Positions 1 through 8,102 of a stretch of 64,000 nucleotides of DNA are shown here, one piece after another. The first letter of the stretch is position 1. The number at the start of each line of letters is the position of its first letter. Origin of the DNA: an uncultured bacterium. GTDB lineage: Bacteria > Verrucomicrobiota > Kiritimatiellia > RFP12 > UBA1067. Location of the stretch: NCBI GenBank assembly GCA_902802945.1, contig CADCOC010000010.1:1049-65048 (forward strand). The letters are read 5' to 3'. The notes beneath the pieces were generated by a model. The model had not been told where the DNA came from. It saw only the letters and a list, made by a program, of their open reading frames with translations, and searched no databases. Position numbers and translations under genes: made by a program.

Positions 1-120
1 GATGCCGTACATCATGTCGCCTATGAAACGAGCCACGGGCTTGCTGAAATGGGGAGAAATCCTCCCCAAAAATGCCTTGAGCTGCCCTAGCAGTTTCGTC
101 GCGATTGTGGTATCATACAT
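1..120 (-). CDS. hypothetical protein, N-terminal 40 codons only (gene continues beyond left edge)
   Basis: Minus-strand ATG at 120-118 opens a frame with no stop down to position 1: MYDTTIATKLLGQLKAFLGRISPHFSKPVARFIGDMMYGI. Too short to assign. The FSKP..F..D...G pattern only vaguely recalls N-termini of some DDE transposases (from memory). Confidence 0.3.
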   Translation of the reverse strand, partial: MYDTTIATKLLGQLKAFLGRISPHFSKPVARFIGDMMYGI

Positions 121-154
121 GGCGTCGCCTCGCTTGTTTGTGTAAGGACTTCGT

Positions 155-160
155 ATTATA
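155..160 (-). promoter_or_regulatory. candidate -10 box (TATAAT on minus strand) for the left-edge gene
   Basis: The reverse complement of 155-160 is TATAAT, 34 nt upstream of the minus-strand ATG at 120. Confidence 0.3.
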
Positions 161-322
161 GCGAAGATCATTCAGGAGAGGCGACACTTTTTTGCCCCGT
201 AATCCCCGTAATCTGGAAGCGGCGCGATGAAAGTCGCGCTCGGCGCGGGGGCGTCTCGCCAGCCACGAAAAAATTGGGGAACCTCCAATGCGGAATGGGG
301 CTTGATGTGGGTGCCGCGCGTA

Positions 323-331
323 TGTTATACT
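323..331 (+). promoter_or_regulatory. extended -10 box TGtTATACT, 6 nt upstream of ATG 338 (leaderless-type arrangement)
   Basis: Sequence tgttatact, then tctgcc, then ATG at 338. Confidence 0.45.
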
Positions 332-337
332 TCTGCC

Positions 338-2095
338 ATGTTTGCGAAAATCATGAAACGACATTCCTTTCGGCTGGGCGCCGTTGCACTGGCTCTGGCC
401 GCATCCTTGTTGGCTACGCAGGTCGGCTACGCCGCCAAATCGCGCGTGATAGTGCTGCACACGAACGACACCCATACCCACATAGACGACGGTCGCGTGG
501 CGTTCTCCGAAATCGCCGCGGAAAGGGCCCGTTACGAGGCGGAGGGTGAGAACGTGATACTCGTGGACGCGGGAGACTACGTGCAGGGTACGGCGCTCGG
601 CGGCTACGACTCGGGACGCAGCGCAATCGAGATCATGAACGCCACCGGCTACAGAGTGGCCACTCTCGGCAACCATGAGTTCGACTATGGCATCAAGGCG
701 ATGTTCGCCAACGCCGCCCACGCCACGTTCCAGACCGTCAGCTGCAACTTCATTCAAAGAAACTCAGCCGACGATCCGGGGCACCTCGTGTTCCCTGCCT
801 ACACGGTCGTTACGAGCGGTACGGTGAGAGTCGCCTTCGTGGGCGTGACCACGCCAACCACTCTCGTCTCGGCGAAGCCTTCCACGTTCCTCGACCCCAC
901 CGGCACTTACCGCGCATACGACTTCATGGCGGGCGAGCGCGGTGCTATGTTGTACAAGGCCGTGCAGGACGCAGTGAACGACGCGGCGCGGCACGCGGAC
1001 TACGTGATCGTGCTGGGGCACCTTGGCATCTCTCCCGACTGTGCGGACTACATGTCCACAGACGTAATCGCGCACACCACCAACTTCGTGGCGCTCGTTG
1101 ACGGACACTCCCACTCGGAGTACACCGGCTCGCGCGTGCGCAACGCCGCCGGAAAGGACGTGATCCTCACGCAGAGCGGCAGCTACTTAGGACTCCTCGG
1201 CTGTCTCGTGCTTGAGGATGGCCAGTGCGTGATGGCCGGCACGATCTACACGCGCGGCAAGAAGGATGCGAAGGTGTCGCGTCTGGAAAAGGAATTGTCC
1301 GACGCCGTCGAACGGCAGCTCGGCGTGAAGATCGCCCGCGCGCCAGCCACGCTATGCGCCTACCGTCCAGGCGCGAACGAGCGTCTCGCCCGCAAACAGG
1401 GATGTTCGGCCGGCGACTTCGCGGCGGATGCGGTGCTCTGGTACGCCAACGAAAAGGCGGGGCTTGCGTGCGACTTCGCGATGATGAACGGCGGCAACGT
1501 GCGCGCCGACGTCCCGGAGGGGGATGTCACGCTCAAGGTATTGCGTACGGTCCAGCCGTTCGCCGGCGACATCGGCATCGTGGAGGCGAACGGGCGGCAG
1601 ATACTCGATGCGCTTGAATTCGGCGCGCAGGCGGTCGGAGACGGCGAGTTCGGCGGATTTCTCCACGTCGCCGGGCTTTCGTACACGGTGGACGCGACCG
1701 TCAAGCCAAGCGTGCACGTGGACGCCACGGGCACATGGCTCTCAGGTCCTTCGAACGGTGTCTACCGCGTGAGGGACGTGAAGGTGTACAACCGCAAGGC
1801 TGGCGCGTTCGAGCCGCTTAACCCCAACGCCGTCTACCGCATCGTCGGCAATGCCTTTACGCTCGTCGAGGGTGGCGACGGGTTCGCCATGTTCCGCAGC
1901 ACGAGGAAGGTCGAGAACGGATTGGCGATGGACTACCTCGTGCTTGCCGAATACGCAAAGGCGTTTCGGCGCGGTGCGGACGGAACGCCCGCGCTCACGT
2001 CGGCCAACGCACCGTTCGCATCGTTCGCAAACTACCCGCTCAACTACGAAAACCCGGACGGTGCCGGCCGCATCACGATCAAGGGCCTCCGCTGA
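338..2095 (+). CDS. secreted bifunctional metallophosphatase / 5'-nucleotidase (UshA/CpdB family)
   Basis: ORF 227..2095 trimmed to ATG 338, which gives a signal-like N-terminus (MFAKIMKRHSFRLGAVALALAASLLA). Metallophosphoesterase motifs VLHTNDTHTHIDD, LVDAGDYVQGT and LGNHEFDYG. Length fits an added 5'-nucleotidase C-terminal domain. Confidence 0.85.
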   Translation: MFAKIMKRHSFRLGAVALALAASLLATQVGYAAKSRVIVLHTNDTHTHIDDGRVAFSEIAAERARYEAEGENVILVDAGDYVQGTALGGYDSGRSAIEIMNATGYRVATLGNHEFDYGIKAMFANAAHATFQTVSCNFIQRNSADDPGHLVFPAYTVVTSGTVRVAFVGVTTPTTLVSAKPSTFLDPTGTYRAYDFMAGERGAMLYKAVQDAVNDAARHADYVIVLGHLGISPDCADYMSTDVIAHTTNFVALVDGHSHSEYTGSRVRNAAGKDVILTQSGSYLGLLGCLVLEDGQCVMAGTIYTRGKKDAKVSRLEKELSDAVERQLGVKIARAPATLCAYRPGANERLARKQGCSAGDFAADAVLWYANEKAGLACDFAMMNGGNVRADVPEGDVTLKVLRTVQPFAGDIGIVEANGRQILDALEFGAQAVGDGEFGGFLHVAGLSYTVDATVKPSVHVDATGTWLSGPSNGVYRVRDVKVYNRKAGAFEPLNPNAVYRIVGNAFTLVEGGDGFAMFRSTRKVENGLAMDYLVLAEYAKAFRRGADGTPALTSANAPFASFANYPLNYENPDGAGRITIKGLR

Positions 2096-2165
2096 CGCAT
2101 GGCCGCGACAAGCGCGGCCGCTCCCAGTACCGCGAAATTCTGCCCTATCCGTGCGGCTGAGATTA

Positions 2166-2174
2166 TGGTAGAAT
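2166..2174 (+). promoter_or_regulatory. extended -10 box TGgTAGAAT, 9 nt upstream of fmt ATG
   Basis: Sequence tggtagaat, then atacccgtc, then ATG at 2184. Confidence 0.4.
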
Positions 2175-2183
2175 ATACCCGTC

Positions 2184-3176
2184 ATGCGAATTGTTTTTAT
2201 GGGTTCATCATCGGCTTCGGCCATGTGTTTGAAAGGCCTCCTGCGCTATCCTGAGCTGCAGGTGGTCGGCCTTGTCACACAGCCGGACCGTCCGGCGGGG
2301 CGCGGGCGCGAGCTCACGCCGTGTCCTTGCCGTCAGTACGCGATCGAGCGCGGCATCAAGGAATGCATCACTCCAGAGAACGTGAACGCGCCCGAGGCAC
2401 TCGCGTGGATTCGCGCGAAGAAGCCGGACGCGATCGCCGTAGTCGCATTCGGGCAGTTCCTCAAGAAGGAGATTCTCGAGTTGCCGCCTTTTGGCTGCAT
2501 CAACTGCCATTTCTCACTTTTGCCTAAGTACCGAGGTGCCGCGCCAGTGACGGCGGCGGTGCTTGCCGGCGACGAGCTTTCCGGCGTGAGCGTGATCAAG
2601 ATGGGCCTTGGCATGGATGACGGTCCGATCCTGATGAGCAAGGTGGAGCCGGTCTATCCGGAGGACACGGCGGAGACGCTCATGGAGAAGCTCGCGATCT
2701 GCGGCGGCGTTACCCTCGCTAAGACAATGCGGATGCTCGGTGCCGGCACGCTGCCCCCGCCCCAGCCGCAGGAGGAGGCACGCGTCACGTTTGCGCACAA
2801 GATCAAGAAGTCGGACGGCCTCATCGACTGGAGCCGTCTGCGCTCGTACGACATCGAACGCATGCTGCGCGCCTACGTGCCCTGGCCGGGCTGCTACACT
2901 TTCCTTCCGATGCGTTTCCGCAGGAAGGGGAACACGGGGCGCGTGACCGTGATGGGCGTCGAGTTCGTGCCGTCGGATAAGATTGAGCCTGCTTGGCGCG
3001 GCGAGATGCCGGGTACGGTCCTCTCCACGACGAAACGCGGACCGATCATCCGCACGATTGACGGCGCGGTGCTGCTCGTGTCGCTAAAGGCCGAGGGCGC
3101 GCGCGCGATGGGCGGCGGACAGTTCCTGCTGGGGCGTCCGCTCACGCCGCTGACGGACATGTTGCTGAACGACTGA
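2184..3176 (+). CDS. fmt: methionyl-tRNA formyltransferase
   Basis: Canonical MRIVFMGS start. Motifs VTQPDRPAGRGRE and NCHFSLLPKYRGAAPV. 330 aa, typical Fmt length. Confidence 0.9.
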   Translation: MRIVFMGSSSASAMCLKGLLRYPELQVVGLVTQPDRPAGRGRELTPCPCRQYAIERGIKECITPENVNAPEALAWIRAKKPDAIAVVAFGQFLKKEILELPPFGCINCHFSLLPKYRGAAPVTAAVLAGDELSGVSVIKMGLGMDDGPILMSKVEPVYPEDTAETLMEKLAICGGVTLAKTMRMLGAGTLPPPQPQEEARVTFAHKIKKSDGLIDWSRLRSYDIERMLRAYVPWPGCYTFLPMRFRRKGNTGRVTVMGVEFVPSDKIEPAWRGEMPGTVLSTTKRGPIIRTIDGAVLLVSLKAEGARAMGGGQFLLGRPLTPLTDMLLND

Positions 3177-3188
3177 CGGGAGGCGGTC

Positions 3189-4553
3189 ATGATCGTCAAA
3201 CTGCTGCTCGACAAAAAACGAGAAGGGGGCGAACTGGCACCGGAGGAGATTCGCGCGCTGATCGACGCCTACACGCGCGGCGACGTGCCCGACTACCAGA
3301 TGGCGGCGTTCGCAATGGCCGTGTGCTGCCGCGGTATGACCGCCGCCGAGACGCACGCGCTCACGGACGCGATGCAGCATTCCGGCGAATGCCTCAAATG
3401 GCAAGGGCCTTCAGCAGACAAGCATTCGACGGGCGGCATCGGCGACAAACTTTCGCTCATCATCCAGCCGCTTGCCGCGTCGTGTGGGATATCCGTGCCG
3501 TCTCTCGCGGGACGCGGACTCGGGCTCACGGGCGGCACGGTGGACAAGCTTGAGTCGATCCCCGGCTACAACGCATGCCTGTCGCTTGACGATTTCAGGC
3601 GCGTGGTGTCGGAATGTGGCGTGTCGATCGCCGCGCAGACGGCGGAGATCGCGCCGGCGGACAAGAAACTCTACGCGCTCCGCGACGTGACGGGAACGGT
3701 GCCGTCGATTCCGCTCATTGTGGGCTCGATTCTCTCGAAGAAGCTCGCGGAGGGCGCGGGGACGCTCGTCTTCGACGTGAAGTGCGGCGCGGGCGCGTTC
3801 ATGAAGACGCGCGCGGAGGCGTGTACGCTCGCGCGGGCACTGGTGGACGGCGCGCGCGCGGCGGGACGTCGCGCGGCGGCGCTTGTGACGGCGATGGACG
3901 AGCCGCTCGGGTGGACGGTCGGCAACGCGCTTGAGGTTGAGGAGGCGATTGGGGTGTTGCGGGGGGACAACGGGCAAGATGCCCGTTGTCGCATTTGCGG
4001 GCAAGATGCCCGCCACCCCGATCATGTGGTTGACGAGCAAAATGCCCGCCACTCCGAAGATGTGGTGGAGCTTTCGGGGGAGTTGGCGACGCGGATGGTG
4101 GCGCTGGAGAAGGGCGTGGCGCTTGAAGAGGCGCGGGCGATGTGCAGGGAGAACCTTGCGAATGGCGCGGCTTGGGAGCGGTTTGCGGAGATGGTGAAGC
4201 TGCATGGCGGAGATTTGGAGGCGTTCGCGTCGCGTCCGCGCGGCGAGGCGCACGTTGTCGCTGCGTCGCGTGCCGGGTATGTGGCGAGGGTGGACGCGGA
4301 GGGAATCGCGAAGGCGGCGTTCGAGTTGGGGGCGGGGCGTGCGAAGTCTGACGACACCATCGACTTCGCGGCCGGCGTGACGCTCGCTGTGGCACATGGT
4401 GACCGTGTGGAGGTTGGGCAACCGCTTGCGTGGCTGTATGCGCCAACGCGTCCGGAGCGTCTGGCCGATGCGGCGCGACTAGTACAGGGCTCTATTGCGA
4501 TTACGTCGGAGCAGCCAGCCGCCAAGCAGCTGATACTGGAGGTGGTGGAATGA
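3189..4553 (+). CDS. deoA: thymidine / pyrimidine-nucleoside phosphorylase, carrying a ~28-aa loop insertion
   Basis: Motifs DKHSTGGIGDK, SLAGRGLGLTGGTVDKLE and TVGNALEVEEAI. 454 aa. Extra segment NGQDARCRICGQDARHPDHVVDEQNARH lies after GVLRGD. Confidence 0.9.
   Translation: MIVKLLLDKKREGGELAPEEIRALIDAYTRGDVPDYQMAAFAMAVCCRGMTAAETHALTDAMQHSGECLKWQGPSADKHSTGGIGDKLSLIIQPLAASCGISVPSLAGRGLGLTGGTVDKLESIPGYNACLSLDDFRRVVSECGVSIAAQTAEIAPADKKLYALRDVTGTVPSIPLIVGSILSKKLAEGAGTLVFDVKCGAGAFMKTRAEACTLARALVDGARAAGRRAAALVTAMDEPLGWTVGNALEVEEAIGVLRGDNGQDARCRICGQDARHPDHVVDEQNARHSEDVVELSGELATRMVALEKGVALEEARAMCRENLANGAAWERFAEMVKLHGGDLEAFASRPRGEAHVVAASRAGYVARVDAEGIAKAAFELGAGRAKSDDTIDFAAGVTLAVAHGDRVEVGQPLAWLYAPTRPERLADAARLVQGSIAITSEQPAAKQLILEVVE
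3964..4068. repeat. in-frame palindromic / tandem mini-element cluster inside deoA
   Basis: Hairpin 1: GGGACAACGGGCA-AGA-TGCCCGTTGTCGC (3964-3992, 12 of 13 bp paired). Hairpin 2: GCGGGCA-AGA-TGCCCGC (3997-4013). Two ~33-nt tandem units follow: GCAAGATGCCCGCCACCCCGATCATGTGGTT and GCAAAATGCCCGCCACTCCGAAGATGTGGTG. Confidence 0.85.
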
Positions 4554-5203
4554 CGGAAGCGGAAAATTCGTCACCGAAGAGGCGTCCGCTCTCTAAGCAG
4601 GAGCGCAACAGGAAGATCAAGGCCATCTACCATGAGCTGGAGGCCAAGAAGCGGGAGCTGGGTCTGCGTGCGCCGATGATCAAGCGCGGGCCGGTGTTCT
4701 ACGTGGCCGTGCTTATGGTGTTGCTGCTGATCGGGGGACTTGTGATCCAAGCCGCCGGAAAGGGCGGCGTCAAGAAGATGCGCGACGGCAACATCGTCAG
4801 GGCCGAGCAAAGCGTGTCCGCGCTTGCCGAGGCGCTGGGGCGGTTCAAGTTCCATTGCGGGGTCTATCCTACGGAGAAGGAGGGGCTGACCGCGCTTTCG
4901 GACAAGTTCTCGACGCACGCGGGTTGGATCGGCCCTTACGCCGAGCGGATACTGCCAGACCCGTGGAAGCATCCCTACGTGTACGAGCCGACGAACGATC
5001 CGCCGATCGTGCTGTCGCTGGGGCCGGACGGCGTACGCGGCACGGCGGACGACATCGCGCCGGATCCGGAGCTCTTCGCGAAGCCGTTCAAGGACACGTC
5101 CTGGACGAACGACTGGGTCTATTTCAGCCGACGTGGCATCGTGGTGGTGCCCACGCAGGAGGATAAGGAAAAACTGCTCAAGGAAGGGATGCGGGCGAAG
5201 TGA
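4550..5203 (+). CDS. membrane-anchored protein with a type II secretion GspG-like (pseudopilin) C-terminal domain and no prepilin cleavage motif
   Basis: ATG 4550 overlaps the deoA stop (ATGA). Basic N-terminal ~45 aa, one TM helix (VFYVAVLMVLLLIGGLVIQAA), then LPDPWKHPYVYEPTNDPPIVLSLGPDGVRGTADDI, which resembles the GspG C-terminal signature. Confidence 0.6.
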   Translation: MTEAENSSPKRRPLSKQERNRKIKAIYHELEAKKRELGLRAPMIKRGPVFYVAVLMVLLLIGGLVIQAAGKGGVKKMRDGNIVRAEQSVSALAEALGRFKFHCGVYPTEKEGLTALSDKFSTHAGWIGPYAERILPDPWKHPYVYEPTNDPPIVLSLGPDGVRGTADDIAPDPELFAKPFKDTSWTNDWVYFSRRGIVVVPTQEDKEKLLKEGMRAK

Positions 5204-5859
5204 CCAGCGTCGAAAATCTATCTGAGCACGAGATCTACGAGTTGCTGAAGCTCCATGACGACCTAGCCTGGCGGCTCGTGTGGGAAAAGGCCGTCCTGGC
5301 CGAGGCAAAGTCCCTTCGCAGCGCGCGCATGGCGCGCGAGTGGGGCGTGACGCCCGAGGAGCTGATGGGCATTCTCTACGAGGACATGATTGCCAAGAAG
5401 AAAATCGAGCTGTTCCGCGACGACGGCGGGAGCCTGTGGGGATGGCTGCGGCAGTACGTACGCGGCTACATCCGGCGGGCGAATCCGGCCGCGCGCGGGG
5501 AGATTTCGCTCGAGGGGGCGGACGATTCCGACTTTAGGGACGAAGAGGGCGGGACGAGCTATACGGATAAAATCTCAAAAATGCTGTCAGATGCGCAGGG
5601 TCGGGACGCCAATCCATCTGAAGACCCTGCGATGCGGCGGCGGGAGGAGTGGTCCCTTGTACAAGACTGCTTCGGCGACCTCTGGAAGGAGAGTCCCCTC
5701 CGGGCCTACGTCCACCTGCTGAAACTTCGCTTGAACCTGTCTTCAACGGAAATAAAAAACATGCTCGGCATCAGCTCGGAGGCGAACGTTGACCAGTTGT
5801 TCTCCCGCGCGCTGAAAGACATGAGAAAGTTGAAGGATGAACATGAAGAACGCGATTGA
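5200..5859 (+). CDS. sigma-70 family (ECF-like) RNA polymerase sigma factor, divergent
   Basis: GTG start overlaps the upstream stop (GTGA). Region-2-like LWGWLRQYVRGYIRR. C-terminal region-4-like HTH LSSTEIKNMLGISSEANVDQLFSRALKDMRKL. Confidence 0.45.
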   Translation: MTSVENLSEHEIYELLKLHDDLAWRLVWEKAVLAEAKSLRSARMAREWGVTPEELMGILYEDMIAKKKIELFRDDGGSLWGWLRQYVRGYIRRANPAARGEISLEGADDSDFRDEEGGTSYTDKISKMLSDAQGRDANPSEDPAMRRREEWSLVQDCFGDLWKESPLRAYVHLLKLRLNLSSTEIKNMLGISSEANVDQLFSRALKDMRKLKDEHEERD

Positions 5860-5875
5860 AGAAGAGAAAGTCGTC

Positions 5876-6361
5876 ATGACGGCCGACGAGGCTGCGTTCA
5901 TTGACCGCTTCGTCGCGGATCACTGCCGTCCGCATGCCGTGGTGATGGCGGAACGCCTGAGGGATTTCGTGTCCAAGCGACAGATGGCAATGTTTGCGGC
6001 GGACGACAATCCGGCGTTTGCGCTGGCGGCCGGTCCGACGGCGAAGGCGCCGGCGTCCGTCAAGGCCCCGGACGAGCCGGTGACGTTCGTTTTCGCCTCA
6101 GAGGGCGAGGATGACGCGCCTGGCGCCTGGCGAGCCGAACTCGCGGTGCCGCCCGGCGCGACGGCGGAAACGCCGTTGACGCTGAAGGTCGGCGGGCGGG
6201 ACGTCGCGGGGGTGTTCGCGCTCTCCGGCGTGAAGCTGCCGCTCGTGGACGGCGCGGCGGAGATCCCGTTCGGGGTGTTTCTCGCCGGCATCAAGGATAC
6301 GGACGTGTCTCTCCGCCGTCCCGGCGGCGACGCTGTGAAGGGAAAGTTGCTGTTCTTCTGA
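5876..6361 (+). CDS. hypothetical protein
   Basis: ORF 5837..6361. I prefer ATG 5876 (MTADEAAF...) because it follows a purine-rich gaagaagagaaag stretch and lies after the sigma stop; 5837 or 5843 are also possible. No recognised motif and no TM helix. Confidence 0.45.
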   Translation: MTADEAAFIDRFVADHCRPHAVVMAERLRDFVSKRQMAMFAADDNPAFALAAGPTAKAPASVKAPDEPVTFVFASEGEDDAPGAWRAELAVPPGATAETPLTLKVGGRDVAGVFALSGVKLPLVDGAAEIPFGVFLAGIKDTDVSLRRPGGDAVKGKLLFF

Positions 6362-6362
6362 A

Positions 6363-7970
6363 ATGTCCGCAGCACCCTACATTTTTCCGGCGCAGCAGGC
6401 GGAGTTCCTGCGTGCACTTAGGGATGGCCGCTACCGCGCGCCGGCCCGCACGCGCAACGTGCCCGCGTCCACGTCCCTCGTCTTGAAGATGCCCCCCATC
6501 TACGAGCAGGCGCTGCGCGGCACGTGCGTGGCGAACGCCGTCACGGCGATGCTCGAGTACTACGAGGACTGCAAGATGCGCCTCAGCGTGCAGTACCTCT
6601 TCGCGGCCACGAAGGAGGTCGAGCGCGCGGCGATCGAGCGCAACCTTTCGCGTCTGCGCCTCGGAGAGCCTCTCGATCCCGCCTTCGAGCACGCGCTCCA
6701 CTCGAAGCTGCTCCAGCTGCGGATGATGGCGGACGCGAACGGGGGGATCAACACGCCCGTGATGAAGCCGTACCTCACGCAGTTCGAGGAGACGGTGCGG
6801 GCGCGGTACGAGTCGATGGATGGCAGCCTGCTCCGGTCGTGCTTCAACGTGCTCGAGTTCCGTGGGACGTGCCGATACGCGCTCTGGCCCTACGCGGGCG
6901 TAACCGCCGCTCCGCTGTTCGGATCGGCGGAGCGCGTCGCGTATCCGCCCGGATCGGACGAGGACGCGAAGAAGCACCGGGTACTCTCCGGACTCTACCT
7001 GCTGCCCGCACCGAACAACGTGGACGAGATCCGCGGCATTCTCGCGGGCGTGAACGACCGGCGTCCGATGCCCGTATGCGTGACGGTGAGCTTTTTCGAG
7101 GGGTGCGACGGCGAGACGTTCGCGTTCCCGCAGACGGAGGAGACGGAGGCCGGCCTGGTCGCGAAGAACGCATGGCTGGGCGTGCACGGCATGCTGATCG
7201 TGGGGTACGTGGACAGCGCGTCATCGCCGGGCGGCGGCTACTTTATCGTGCGCAACAGCCTTGGCGAGGCGTGGGGCAACCGCGGGTACGGCAAGCTGCC
7301 CTACGCCTACGTGGCCTGCTTCGCGCTGGAGGCCGGCACGATCCTGCAGGACCTCGTGGACTACACGGGCGACGGGTATGGCGGCCTCCATGCCGACGGG
7401 TCATACGGATCGCGTCGTCGCCGGTGGCGGCTTGTCTTTTTGAACATCCTCGTGGGCGCGGCGCTCGTTGCGGGTACGTGGGTGACCGCGAAGCTGCTTA
7501 CTAAGGCCGAACCAGCAGAGACGCCGCGTCCGCCGTTCGCGGAGGTGACGGTTTATGGACGCGATGCGACCGTGGATGTGACGCTGCCGCCGCCGTGGCG
7601 CGAGGTGAAGGGCATGGCCATTGACGGCGGACGCGTGTTCCGTCTGCCTGCAAAGACCCGCAAAGAGGTAGATGCAATCCGCCGGAAACTCGACGAGGAG
7701 CCGACTCTGCGCGAGAAGCGCGGCAAGCCGCTTACGTATGACCTCGTGACGTTCTACGATCTAGAGTCGGACGACATCGAAGACGTGAAGAGGACGGTAG
7801 GACTTTTCGTGGCCGACCGTTTCCTCGTGCGGATCGAGGGCGAAAGCAACGGCGTATTGCGTATTTCGACCGTTTCGCCGCGCGGCCTTCTGCGCCGTCT
7901 TGAGCGCACATACGACGTGAAACCAGCCGGAGACGGTCGTCTGACACTGAAGAGGAAAAATCGGAATTGA
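6363..7970 (+). CDS. papain-like (C1 family) cysteine peptidase, membrane tethered, with an unknown C-terminal domain
   Basis: Cys motif LRGTCVANAVTAML, His motif GVHGMLIVGYVD and YFIVRNSLGEAWGNRGYGKLPY match the C1 catalytic signatures. No signal peptide. One TM helix (WRLVFLNILVGAALVAGTWVTAKLL) followed by ~160 aa. Confidence 0.7.
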   Translation: MSAAPYIFPAQQAEFLRALRDGRYRAPARTRNVPASTSLVLKMPPIYEQALRGTCVANAVTAMLEYYEDCKMRLSVQYLFAATKEVERAAIERNLSRLRLGEPLDPAFEHALHSKLLQLRMMADANGGINTPVMKPYLTQFEETVRARYESMDGSLLRSCFNVLEFRGTCRYALWPYAGVTAAPLFGSAERVAYPPGSDEDAKKHRVLSGLYLLPAPNNVDEIRGILAGVNDRRPMPVCVTVSFFEGCDGETFAFPQTEETEAGLVAKNAWLGVHGMLIVGYVDSASSPGGGYFIVRNSLGEAWGNRGYGKLPYAYVACFALEAGTILQDLVDYTGDGYGGLHADGSYGSRRRRWRLVFLNILVGAALVAGTWVTAKLLTKAEPAETPRPPFAEVTVYGRDATVDVTLPPPWREVKGMAIDGGRVFRLPAKTRKEVDAIRRKLDEEPTLREKRGKPLTYDLVTFYDLESDDIEDVKRTVGLFVADRFLVRIEGESNGVLRISTVSPRGLLRRLERTYDVKPAGDGRLTLKRKNRN

Positions 7971-7999
7971 GGATTAGGATGTCAATTCGGCAAAAGTTT

Positions 8000-8008
8000 T
8001 GTTATACT
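8000..8008 (+). promoter_or_regulatory. candidate extended -10 box TGtTATACT
   Basis: Lies in the AT-rich intergenic region, 95 nt upstream of ATG 8103. Confidence 0.3.
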
Positions 8009-8102
8009 AGTTTGGAACAAGGCAGTTTGGCATTTTCATTTCTGAGATGCCAAGGCTATGGGATGAACTTTTTTAAGAAACAAAGTTGAAAGGAAAAAGA
8101 AA

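Noticed and set aside
227-337. 5' extension of the nucleotidase ORF (MKVALGAGASRQ...)
   Set aside because: The extension has no signal peptide. ATG 338 gives a typical signal sequence and has an extended -10 box 6 nt upstream.
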